NCBI GenBank assembly: GCA_041740995.1 | Contig: JBGSKY010000299.1 | Span: 1 to 61,880 of the forward strand | Direction: 5' to 3' | Length of the DNA: 61,880 bases | Source: Pirellulaceae bacterium | GTDB lineage: Bacteria > Planctomycetota > Planctomycetia > Pirellulales > Pirellulaceae | In this document: positions 18,886 through 29,700 of the stretch, piece by piece | How positions within the stretch are numbered: the first letter of the stretch is position 1 | Layout of the letters: each line of letters starts with the position of its first letter | Translations under genes and position numbers: made by a program | Notes under the pieces: generated by a model | Databases searched by the model: none | Seen by the model: only the letters and a program-made list of their open reading frames with translations | Told to the model about the DNA's origin: nothing

Positions 18886-20214
18886 ATGATTCAAGCCGAG
18901 TCGACAATAGATTTACGTGATTTGGTACTTTCAAATCAGAGTTTCGGACCGCAAGATGTGGAGCGAATTGCCCACAGCATTGCCGACGATATGACTCAAT
19001 TTGCCCTACTTCGAGATGCTGTTTCGGAGTTGCAGAGTGACGAAAACCCTTCGCCCGCGACGCTTACGCGGCTTGGTGTTTGCCAAGTCCTGATCGGCAA
19101 GTTCGCAGAAGCTGACGCGACGCTTCGTCAAGGCGATGGGGGTGCACTTGCCCAATACTATCTTGGGAAAATCGCTTTCCAGCTCGGTGACTACGACAAG
19201 GCGATCCAGTACTACGAAGCGGCCGAGTCATCCGGCTATTCGCCAGAATATTGCAGAATGGCAATCGCCGAAGCCAAGCGTTATAAGGGTGCCAATGAAG
19301 AAGCAATGCAGCTTCTAGACAATATTTTTGGCCCAGCCGAACAAACCGCCGAATATCTTTATCAACGAGCCGCTACGGTGGCTGCCGTCGGTGGTAATCG
19401 GGAAGAAGTCATCAAACTCTACCAGCGAGCTATTCAAGTCGCCCCCAAGCATGCCGGTGCATTATTCGGTCTGGCGCTGATTTACGATCGGCTTGGCAAT
19501 GATGAGGAATCGTTTGAGCTGTATCAACGGTCCGCTTCGGTCATGCCGGCGCACGTTGGTGCGTTGATCAATCTTGGGACCGTGTATGAAGATCGAAACG
19601 AATTTGGCAAAGCAGCAGCTTGCTACCGCCGCGTGCTGGAAGTCGAGCCGGATCATCCACGAGCAAAACTGTATGCCAAAGACGCAGCTGCCGGCGGAAA
19701 CGTCCTCTTTGACGAAGATATGGCAAAACGTAACGAACGTTTGAGCCAAATGCTTAACACACCAGTCAGCGATTTTGAACTGTCCGTTCGAGCTCGCAAC
19801 TGCTTGCAAAAAATGGGCGTCCGAACGCTGGGCGACCTAACACGAACTAGCGAGCAGACATTGCTTGCAAGCAAAAACTTCGGTGAAACTTCGCTTGTCG
19901 AAATTCGTGAGATGCTCGCTAGTCGTGGCCTTTCGCTTGGTCAATTTGCTAATGAAAAACGTGATAGCGATCCACCACTGGATATTTCCGGCTTGACCGA
20001 AGATCAACAAGCACTTTTGGAACGCCCAATATCGGATCTCAATTTGTCGGTTCGAGCTAGAAAGTGCATGGTCCGTTTGCAGCTTTCATCGATTGGCGAA
20101 TTGGTACGTAAAACCGGCGACGATATGCTCGAATGCAAAAACTTCGGCGTAACCAGCTTGAACGAAGTCCGAGAGAAACTGACGGGACTCGGTTTGAAGC
20201 TTCGTGGCGATTGA
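18886..20214 (+). CDS. TPR-repeat protein with two C-terminal RNA polymerase alpha-subunit CTD-like (HhH) domains
   Basis: TPR-like repeats (AQYYLGKIAFQLGDYDKAIQYYE; LALIYDRLGNDEESFELYQRS; LGTVYEDRNEFGKAAACYRR). Two copies of an alpha-CTD-like module: L(N/S)VRAR(N/K)CL.(K/R)....(T/S)(L/I)G(D/E)L......(L/M)L..KNFG.TSL.E(I/V)RE.L. ORF track starts at 18814, abutting the tRNA. The MIQAES start at 18886 is more plausible. Confidence 0.7.
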   Translation: MIQAESTIDLRDLVLSNQSFGPQDVERIAHSIADDMTQFALLRDAVSELQSDENPSPATLTRLGVCQVLIGKFAEADATLRQGDGGALAQYYLGKIAFQLGDYDKAIQYYEAAESSGYSPEYCRMAIAEAKRYKGANEEAMQLLDNIFGPAEQTAEYLYQRAATVAAVGGNREEVIKLYQRAIQVAPKHAGALFGLALIYDRLGNDEESFELYQRSASVMPAHVGALINLGTVYEDRNEFGKAAACYRRVLEVEPDHPRAKLYAKDAAAGGNVLFDEDMAKRNERLSQMLNTPVSDFELSVRARNCLQKMGVRTLGDLTRTSEQTLLASKNFGETSLVEIREMLASRGLSLGQFANEKRDSDPPLDISGLTEDQQALLERPISDLNLSVRARKCMVRLQLSSIGELVRKTGDDMLECKNFGVTSLNEVREKLTGLGLKLRGD

Positions 20215-20540
20215 TTTGAGCCTTGCGAAACAAATTGATTTAACTGCGGTTCACTGCGACCAATTTAGCTTGAACTTTGTTTAGGCCAGGAACCTGTCCT
20301 GGCTAATCGTAAGCTCGCCAGGTCGGCTGCTGTCGTAAATTTGCAAGAATATCTTAAATCGAGACTGAGCTGCGGAAGACGCCTAGTGCGTCAACCAAAT
20401 TTAAGTGTGGGAATTCGTAGCCGAAGTCCCCAGACTTCGGAGCCTTTTCATTGGCAATCCGCTCTCCGACGAGATCGGCTACCCTGAAATCTAATCTGGT
20501 TGAAGCACTAGTTGCGGTCGACAAACATGGCCAACCGTAG

Positions 20541-21716
<1,176 letters not shown>

Positions 21717-21721
21717 TTGTC

Positions 21722-22453
21722 ATGTATCGATTGGAGCAAGTCAGTAAGTCTTACGGTGCGACCACTGTGCTTCATCCGATTTCCATTCAAATTCAAAGCG
21801 GCCACACGACGGCGTTGATCGGGCCCAGTGGATGTGGAAAAACGACGGTTTTGAGATTACTGACAGGATTAGTGTTACCAGACGAAGGCGTTATCTACTT
21901 TGACGATCATGAGATCGGAAAATCTGATTGGGAATTGGTTCGACAGAAGATTGGCTATGTCATTCAAGGTGGCGGGCTTTTTCCACATCTGACTGCAATG
22001 GAAAATATTGCATTAGCTGCCAACTGCACCGGTTGGACGCAAAATAAGATTGCGACTCGAATCGACGAGCTTTGCCAGTTAGTTCGAATGTCTAGTGAGC
22101 AGATAATGAAGTATCCCAAGCATCTTTCAGGTGGACAATCACAGCGGGTTAGCCTGATGCGAGCTTTAATGCTTGACCCGCGTGTTTTGTTACTCGACGA
22201 GCCGCTGGGCGCGCTGGATCCGTTGATTCGATTCGAGCTACAAGACGAATTGCGAGAGATCTTTCGTTCACTTGGGACGACAGTCGTTATGGTAACGCAT
22301 GACTTGTCAGAAGCAGCCTATCTGGCCGACCAAATTGTATTACTTAATGCCGGTCATGTTGAGCAGGTAGGTTCTCCGAATGAAATTCTGCAAAGACCGC
22401 AGTCTGCATGGGCACAAAAATTCGTTCGCTCGATTCGAAAAGTTGTCAATTAA
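21722..22453 (+). CDS. ABC transporter ATP-binding protein (osmoprotectant/glycine-betaine-type importer ATPase)
   Basis: Walker A GPSGCGKTT. Signature LSGGQSQRVSLMRAL. Walker B LLLDEPLGALD. H-loop VTHD. The ATG at 21722 (MYRLEQVSKSYG) lies 5 bp after the tgt stop. Confidence 0.85.
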   Translation: MYRLEQVSKSYGATTVLHPISIQIQSGHTTALIGPSGCGKTTVLRLLTGLVLPDEGVIYFDDHEIGKSDWELVRQKIGYVIQGGGLFPHLTAMENIALAANCTGWTQNKIATRIDELCQLVRMSSEQIMKYPKHLSGGQSQRVSLMRALMLDPRVLLLDEPLGALDPLIRFELQDELREIFRSLGTTVVMVTHDLSEAAYLADQIVLLNAGHVEQVGSPNEILQRPQSAWAQKFVRSIRKVVN

Positions 22454-22457
22454 ACGA

Positions 22458-24041
22458 ATGTCCGTTGTTTCAAACTATGATTCGTTGCGGATCCACTTGT
22501 ACAGTCTAACGCTGGTCGTCGTCTGCTTAATGATTCAGGGCGAATTGCTTGCTGCTGGCGATGCGATCGTTGTTGGCTCTAAGAAATTCAATGAGTCTGT
22601 GATTCTTGGCGAGATCGCAGTGATATTGGTTGAGGACACTGGAACTGCGGTGATACATCGACGACAGCTTGGTGGAACTCAGATTCTCTGGCAAGCGATG
22701 CAGCGAGGGGATATCGATTGCTATGTCGAATACACCGGCACAATCACCGAAGAGATTCTTCCTTCACTTGGCATAAACGTCCAGTCGGAAAAGAATGAGA
22801 TGAAGTCAATCGGCTACCTAAAGGAGCAGCTTGCAATACACGATGTCATCGTTTCGAATCCGCTTGGATTCAACAATACCTACGCATTGGGAATGACTCA
22901 AGCGAACGCGCAAAAACTGGAAGTCAACAAGATTAGTCATTTGCGGGCGCATGCTCAGTTGCGGGTGGGGATCAGCGAAGAATTTCGCAATCGACGCGAC
23001 GGTTGGGATCAATTGGCATCGCGATATCAATTACCGCAGATGCGTATTCAAACCATCGATCACGATTTGGCCTACCAGGGTTTACAGAGCGACTTTATCC
23101 AAATTACCGATCTCTACACGACCGACCCTGAAATCCGCGAGCATGGTTTGGTGACGCTGGAAGATGATCTGAAGTTCTTTCCAGACTATGAAGCAGTTTT
23201 GTTAATTCGCTCTGATGTGCAAGATCGGAACCCGTTGGCATTGGCAGCGTTGCATCGTATGGAGAAATCAATCAGCCAAGAACAAATGATTGCACTTTCG
23301 GCAAGCGTCAAATTTGGCAACCTGACTGAAATACAAGCGGCTAAGGCATTTGTAAATCGAGCTTTTAATATCGGGGAAGATATCACGAGGACTGACTCAC
23401 TTCAAACGAGGAACGTTTTTTGGGCTCGATTATTACAAACGACGCAAGAACATCTTGTAATGGTTTCAATCTCTATGTTGATGGCCATTCTGATATCAAT
23501 ACCTTTGGGCATTGTTGGGCAATCGAATCTACGCTTGGGGACAACCATCGTTGGCGTCGTCAGCGTGTTGCAGACGATGCCCTCTTTGGCTTTGCTGGTC
23601 CTAATGATTCCGCTCTTCGGACTGGGTGCTTTGCCAGCGATTGTTGCATTGTTTTTCTATAGCCTATTGCCCATTGTCCGCAATACGCTCGTCGGGTTGA
23701 AGCAAATAGATTCGAGGCTGCTCGAATCGGCTGATGTGTTGGGATTGAATCGATTTCAAAGGCTTCGACTGATTGAATTACCGCTTGCAATGCCTTCCAT
23801 TCTGGCGGGAATTAAGACAGCGACTGTGATTAATATCGGCACAGCGACAATCGGAGCACTGATTGGGGCGGGCGGTTACGGCTCGCCGATTTTGACCGGA
23901 ATTCGATTGAACAATTTTTCACTTGTATTGCAGGGAGCGATTCCAGCGGCGCTAATGGCTTTGCTTGCTCAAGCTTTTTTTGTAGCGGTCGAACGCCGAA
24001 TTATTTCCCCGGGTCTGCTCGATGTTAGAGAAGAGCGTTAG
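22458..24041 (+). CDS. Fused substrate-binding (OpuAC-like) / permease (ProW/OpuCB-like) ABC transporter protein
   Basis: N-terminal signal/TM, then a periplasmic quaternary-amine binding-like domain (...VGSKKFNESVILGEI...). C-terminal permease with 6 TM helices and EAA-type loop (LESADVLGLNRFQRLRLIELPLAMPSI). ATG at 22458 taken as start. Confidence 0.75.
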   Translation: MSVVSNYDSLRIHLYSLTLVVVCLMIQGELLAAGDAIVVGSKKFNESVILGEIAVILVEDTGTAVIHRRQLGGTQILWQAMQRGDIDCYVEYTGTITEEILPSLGINVQSEKNEMKSIGYLKEQLAIHDVIVSNPLGFNNTYALGMTQANAQKLEVNKISHLRAHAQLRVGISEEFRNRRDGWDQLASRYQLPQMRIQTIDHDLAYQGLQSDFIQITDLYTTDPEIREHGLVTLEDDLKFFPDYEAVLLIRSDVQDRNPLALAALHRMEKSISQEQMIALSASVKFGNLTEIQAAKAFVNRAFNIGEDITRTDSLQTRNVFWARLLQTTQEHLVMVSISMLMAILISIPLGIVGQSNLRLGTTIVGVVSVLQTMPSLALLVLMIPLFGLGALPAIVALFFYSLLPIVRNTLVGLKQIDSRLLESADVLGLNRFQRLRLIELPLAMPSILAGIKTATVINIGTATIGALIGAGGYGSPILTGIRLNNFSLVLQGAIPAALMALLAQAFFVAVERRIISPGLLDVREER

Positions 24042-24088
24042 ACGCTCGATCGAAATCGCTTGCATTTTTAATATAGCAGCAACAAAGT

Positions 24089-26122
24089 TTAAGACTTCAA
24101 CGATTCTGTCGCACCTCGAATCGATTTGAGTCGGTTTGGGTTGTCAGCTTGGCCCGTAAGTTCATAGAGAAATCGACTTGGAAAAGTCGGGCGATCTTTA
24201 CCCCATTTCTTTCGATTAAGAGCCAAGCTCAATGTTAGTTCCTCCTTCGCGCGAGTGATCCCGACATAGCACAGGCGACGCTCTTCATCGATCTGGTCAT
24301 CTCCACCGACCACGCTGCGGCGATGAGGCAAAATACCTTCTTCCATTCCGACCATATAAACCATCGGAAATTCAAGCCCTTTAGCACTATGGTAAGTCAT
24401 TAGTGAAATTGCGTTTCGCTGGACTTGTTTGTCATTGTTAGAAGTGAAGTCACGGCCGTCGAGCGTTACTTCCGCTAGAAAATCGCCTAGCGTAGCTCCT
24501 TCGTGTCCGTCTTCAAATTGAGAGATGGCATTGATTAGTTCTTCGACCGAGGCGCGACGGGCCGAAATCTCATCAGGATCTTGATAGTTTCGATCGATGT
24601 CTTCCAAGTATCTTGTCTCGCTGATTAAAGCTCGGGCTGCTTCGACCAGCGATTGGTTTTCGAAATCATGCTGCGACTTTTTTAGCAAGTATCGCAAATG
24701 CTGTACGCCAGACTGTGCTGGTTTCGTCAGGCTTTGCGTTGCAGCAGGATCATTGGCTATTTCCCAAACACGTTTGCCGCCACGGACCGCGATATCAAGA
24801 ATTTTTTCGACGCTTCCAGCACCGATGCCTCTCGGAGGAGTATTGATGATCCGTAAGAACGATACCTCATCGCCTGGCATCTCTATCCACTTGAAATACG
24901 CGATAAGATCGCGAACTTCCTTGCGATCAAAAAATGATTGTGAGCCGGTCAGAGTGTAGGGAAGTTTCGCGGCTCGAAGTTCAGATTCTAAAATTCGGGG
25001 TTGCTCATTGGTCCGGAACAAGATCGCAAAGTCGCGAGGTTCTAGATGCTTTTCTAATTCCAAACGACTGCGAATTTCTTGGGCGATAGTTTTGGCCTCG
25101 GTCGCGTCATCTTTGAGTTGAAGGATCTTCGGTTGGCTGCCATTGGGGCGGGCCGCTCGCAAAACCTTGTCGTGACGATGTGTGTTGAAAGCGATCAATC
25201 GATTTGCGGATGACAAAATCGCATCGGTGCTGCGGTAATTATCCTCCAGCCGAACTACGACTGCTTCGGGCCAATCATTCTTGAAATTAAGAATGTGCTT
25301 GACCTCCGCTCCACGCCATCCATAAATCGATTGATCGTCGTCACCGACAACGCACAAATTACGGTGTTCAGCAGCCAGTGCAGCGATGATGCGATATTGC
25401 GACGCATTGGTGTCTTGATATTCGTCAACCAAAACGTGATCAAATTTTCGCGCTTCTTGCTGTCGGATTTCTGTGTGTTCGCGGAAAAGCTGTTCGGTGC
25501 AAAGCAGTAAGTCGTCGAAGTCGAAAGCACCGCAGTTTTTCAGAGCTCGTTGGTACCGTGCGTACCCACTGGCGGCTAGATGTTCTTTGTCTGAGTCAGC
25601 CAAACTAGATGCGTCGCGAATCGATACACCACTGCTTTTCCAGCGGCTCAAGATCGAAAGAAAATCACTTGGTTTGATCATCGCGTCGTTTAAACGCAGC
25701 TCTCGCAGAATCGTCCTGGCTAACGATTCGCAGTCGCCACGATCGTAGATTGTGAATTTCGCAGGGTAGCCTAACGCGGTTGAGTGACGCCGTAAAATTT
25801 GAACACAATGAGAGTGAAAGGTACCGATCGACGGCTTTTTGAACGGCGGATCACCTTTTTTTACTCGCTTGGGAAGCCGGAGTTGATGGCCAACGCGTTC
25901 ACGCATTTCGTTGGCCGCTTTGTTGGTAAACGTGACCGCTAGAATGCGATCGGCGGAAATCCCGTGACGAATCAGATTGGCAATTCGATAGGTAACAACC
26001 CGCGTTTTTCCTGTCCCTGCGCCAGCCAAAACGAGCAGCGGACCGCCAAGCGTATTGACGGCATGGATTTGTGGTGGATTTAGATCAGGCATCCGCAAGA
26101 CAATTTCTACAGGTTTTGGCAC
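24089..26122 (-). CDS. uvrD: UvrD/PcrA/Rep-family ATP-dependent DNA helicase
   Basis: VLAGAGTGKT (Walker A), DEYQDTN (motif II), helicase motifs IV-VI (TYHSAKGLEFPMVYM, VGITRAKE). 677 aa. Confidence 0.9.
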   Translation of the reverse strand: MPKPVEIVLRMPDLNPPQIHAVNTLGGPLLVLAGAGTGKTRVVTYRIANLIRHGISADRILAVTFTNKAANEMRERVGHQLRLPKRVKKGDPPFKKPSIGTFHSHCVQILRRHSTALGYPAKFTIYDRGDCESLARTILRELRLNDAMIKPSDFLSILSRWKSSGVSIRDASSLADSDKEHLAASGYARYQRALKNCGAFDFDDLLLCTEQLFREHTEIRQQEARKFDHVLVDEYQDTNASQYRIIAALAAEHRNLCVVGDDDQSIYGWRGAEVKHILNFKNDWPEAVVVRLEDNYRSTDAILSSANRLIAFNTHRHDKVLRAARPNGSQPKILQLKDDATEAKTIAQEIRSRLELEKHLEPRDFAILFRTNEQPRILESELRAAKLPYTLTGSQSFFDRKEVRDLIAYFKWIEMPGDEVSFLRIINTPPRGIGAGSVEKILDIAVRGGKRVWEIANDPAATQSLTKPAQSGVQHLRYLLKKSQHDFENQSLVEAARALISETRYLEDIDRNYQDPDEISARRASVEELINAISQFEDGHEGATLGDFLAEVTLDGRDFTSNNDKQVQRNAISLMTYHSAKGLEFPMVYMVGMEEGILPHRRSVVGGDDQIDEERRLCYVGITRAKEELTLSLALNRKKWGKDRPTFPSRFLYELTGQADNPNRLKSIRGATESLKS

Positions 26123-26263
26123 AATCGGTTCAAAATCCTACTCGCTATGGAACCGTAAGGAAGCTCTAATTTGGGCTTGCCGATGCCTGGTCGATCCGAT
26201 AGCATTCTCCGCTCAGATTTGTGAGAAATCCTCCTTTGCCTCTATGCTTTCCAGTAAAATACG

Positions 26264-26578
26264 ATGTACGCAATAATTGCTGACGGTGGTCGTCAATATA
26301 AGGTCGAACAAGGTAAGTTTCTTGATATTGACTACCGCGGAACGCTCGCCGAAGGCGACAGCGTCCAGTTTGATCGCGTCCTCGCGATTGGCGGTGATGA
26401 CGGACTGAAGCTCGGTTCACCAACGCTCAGCGGTGCAACGGTGGTCGGTAAAGTGCTTTCGACCGAACAAGGTCCGAAAGTTTTTATTCAGAAGTTCCGC
26501 CGACGTAAGAATTACGATCGACGAACGGGGCATCGTCAGAAGTACACGCGAGTAACAATCGAGTCGATTAACGTGTAG
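26264..26578 (+). CDS. rplU: 50S ribosomal protein L21
   Basis: MYAIIADGGRQYKVEQG... is the canonical bL21 N-terminus. 104 aa. No rpmA (L27) follows. Confidence 0.9.
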   Translation: MYAIIADGGRQYKVEQGKFLDIDYRGTLAEGDSVQFDRVLAIGGDDGLKLGSPTLSGATVVGKVLSTEQGPKVFIQKFRRRKNYDRRTGHRQKYTRVTIESINV

Positions 26579-26734
26579 GTTGTTCAGGTCGCTTCCACTA
26601 AGTGGAAAACGTCAAGTTTTTTCAGCAGCGAAAGTAGCTAAAACTCTAGTCTGAATCGACTAATTTTAAAGCCAAACTCTTGGTGAGATTCGCTACACTC
26701 AATTCGCTTGGCAATCGGTATTGTCGGTAAATGC

Positions 26735-29700
26735 TCAATTCAGTTTGGTTGAGCTTTTAGCATCTTGCAAGCTTCGATCGATTTCTATGTCGGTCTTTGC
26801 AGCTAGCTCGCGGAAGGCATCTAAGTCTACTGCGTTATTGCCTTGCTCGTGTTTTCTAAAGAGCAACAGGTATGTTTCATTCTGCGGGCGAATCGCGTAG
26901 AAAAACTCATCCTCTTTCTGACGCACTAACCGATAGATCTTCGCGATCGAACCAGAGCTATCTGCAATTAATGTTTCGTTGCTTCGATTGGCTTCAGAGA
27001 GTTTGATCCAATCTTGAGATGACGGCAAAAGTTGCTGAACCTTATCATCGAAGTCTACAAAGAGATCTGCCCAATCGATTGATAGTGCCGTTAGTCCGCG
27101 ACTGCTAAGTCGAAATCCATCAATTAGATAGTTGGATTGAATTGGAGGTAATTCGACATGCGGCAGATTCTTTGCGTCGCACAGCTTTTGAATTGCGGCG
27201 TTGTAATTTTTGATGTTCTCGTTTATCTCTGAAGAATGAGTATCGTTTGCGAGCGATAGCGGAGGTAGGGCGACTGTGATCCGATAGTTCTCATGGACTA
27301 AGTCATCGAGGAATCGAGAGTACTGCTTGATAAATCCATCGATCGTCCATTTCGAATCGATGGCTTCGTTACGACCAAAACAAACGACAACTTGCGTCGG
27401 CGCGATCGATTTGATCTGGCTTAACCGTCGTTCGTAACCGTCTTTCGTTTCGCCAAAAAGTGCTTGAGCTTGACCGCTCACGTCGTCGCCGGCCCAAGCC
27501 ATATTTCTGAAGCGAAGTGACTTATCACGATTGGCAAGACGGATCTGCGTCTCAAAAACGGCATGCCTGCCAATCTGTTCCCACAAATCGTCACCAACAA
27601 TTGCAACAACATCGCCATCAGTCAGCGAGATTTTTGCTTTGCCTTCAGTTGATTGCGCAACCAGCCAGCTTTTACGAGTTTGCCCACTGCTGGACGCGAT
27701 AGCAGGACCGGAATTCTCGGTTGCGATGAGTTTAGCGATCTCGACGATCGCTGGGTTTTCCATCGCATCTTTGACTTGGCATCCTAGCTCACCGTTGCCG
27801 TCACTGAGAACCGTAATGACGATCCGGTGAAGCCCGGTTGTTAGATAGATTTCATTCTCGGCAAGCGCTGCTTTTCCATCGACGTAAAGATTGAATTGAT
27901 GATCGCTTTCAATCTTCAAAACGATGTTACCACTCTTCTTACAATCGATTGTCGATTCGACAACTTGGATCGGCGATTGAGAGCTATGTGGTTGAAGCTT
28001 ATCTGTTTCGCTCAGCTGTACCAAACCGCTCACGTGCGCAGTAACTGGTTGCCATTGCATTTCGTCATTTCGGTCAGCAAGTTTGTCGATTCCTTGGCGA
28101 TTCAAAAATTGAATCATCGGTGTTGTGTTGCGAAGGTATTTCCAATTGCGAATCCAGCGATCTGAGGAGACCGTGAAATCACGTGTCCGTCCAAGTTGGC
28201 TGAGAAAATCGACGAGGTCAGCGAGTTGATCAATCGTCAAGCGATCTACCAAGCCCGCAGGCATCAGCGATCCTCCGTCGCGTTCTTCGATAATCGAATC
28301 TAATTCGAGGTGAACCATCTGTCCTTCGGCTGTTTGAAGCGAAAGTTGATCCTCGGTCCTTGATCTTTCCAAGCCAGTGACGATTTTGTCTTGGTCAGTC
28401 AACGCGACAACGGTCTTGAAGCCCTCCTTGAGCTTGGCATTCGGTTCAATGAGCGATTCGATGACGTAGTCGATTTGCGAGCTGCCGCCGAGCGAAATAA
28501 GGTTTGGTCCGATGTCTCCGCCGGCTGAACCAATTTTGTGGCACTGCACGCATTTTAGGCTTTCTTGGCGATAGATAGTTTCACCTTGATTGGCGTTCGA
28601 AAGCCCGTCTGCGATCCGTGCGCGAATCTGGGCAACGAATTCTGGCGTTATTTTCCAGCGGTGTTGATCAAGCTGTCCAAGGCTAGCAATCTGGTCCAAT
28701 AACGACGCGTCGTCGAGCCGGCAATCACGCATCAGAGCCAGTAAGGTTCTTGCGGTACTAGGTTTCAAAGTTGTGGTTTTTGCTATCGATTGCTGGATCG
28801 CTGAAAGCGATTTTTTTTGTGTAAAAACAGGTCTCAGATTTAGGCGCGATCCGTTCAATTCGTCGACACTGTCCAGAAGTTCGATCGCCCTTCGACTGGC
28901 TGCATTCACATTCAAAGTCGCTAAAGAGTTGATGGATGCGACGCGAACCGAAGTCGACGATTGTGATGAAGCGCCGATCGATTCGAGCATTGCGGCACCG
29001 TTTGGTCCAAGCGACGAAAGTGCAGTGGTGAGTGCGGCGATCGTCGTCGGAGAGTCCGCGATCTCTAAACTTTTTCCCAGCCATGGCAAGGTTGATTCGT
29101 CTTTCACGACAGCAATCAGCGAGGCGATCGATTGCATTCGATTTTCCATTGCGGCAGTGTCGGATGGTTGTATTTCATCTGAACGCAAGATGGCGAGCGA
29201 AAGCAGTCGGTTGAGCGCCGATGGTGACGGTTTTGGTTTCGGCTTTAAACCAGAGGCAAAAGATCTTAGCAAACTCCAAATGTTTGAGTCGATGTTGTTC
29301 GATCTATTCAGTTCGACGATAAACTTCTCGGCTAGCCGATCAATCGAGTCGTCATCGCCTGTCGATGCAATCACGGAAAGGATAGATGCGTCGACATCTA
29401 CAAGCTCGCGATTAAGCACTTGATCGACGATGATGCGTTTGATTTCCAGGTTGGTATTGCTGTTCAACAGAAAAGCAACTTGCTTTGCATTGATTCCGAT
29501 CAGCCATTCGCGGTCGGTGAGAGTTGATTCCGTTCCGACTAGTTGCCAAAGAGCGAAGTCAATTTCGTCGTTGACAGGTTGTTCGAGCGCTTGCAACGCG
29601 ATGGGCAGGCAACCGATCTTGCCTGTATCCGCAATCCTCTGCAACAAAGCAATCGCTTCCAGTCTGACTAGCCAATCGCTATCGGAGATCATTCTTTCAG

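Noticed and set aside
28773-29423. 216-aa plus-strand ORF
   Set aside because: It lies entirely inside, and antisense to, the well-supported 1505-aa giant gene. Ser/Ala-rich shadow ORFs of this kind are typical of antisense frames. The same applies to 7526-8122, 43887-44351, 6275-6664, 38504-38797 and other embedded ORFs in the track.
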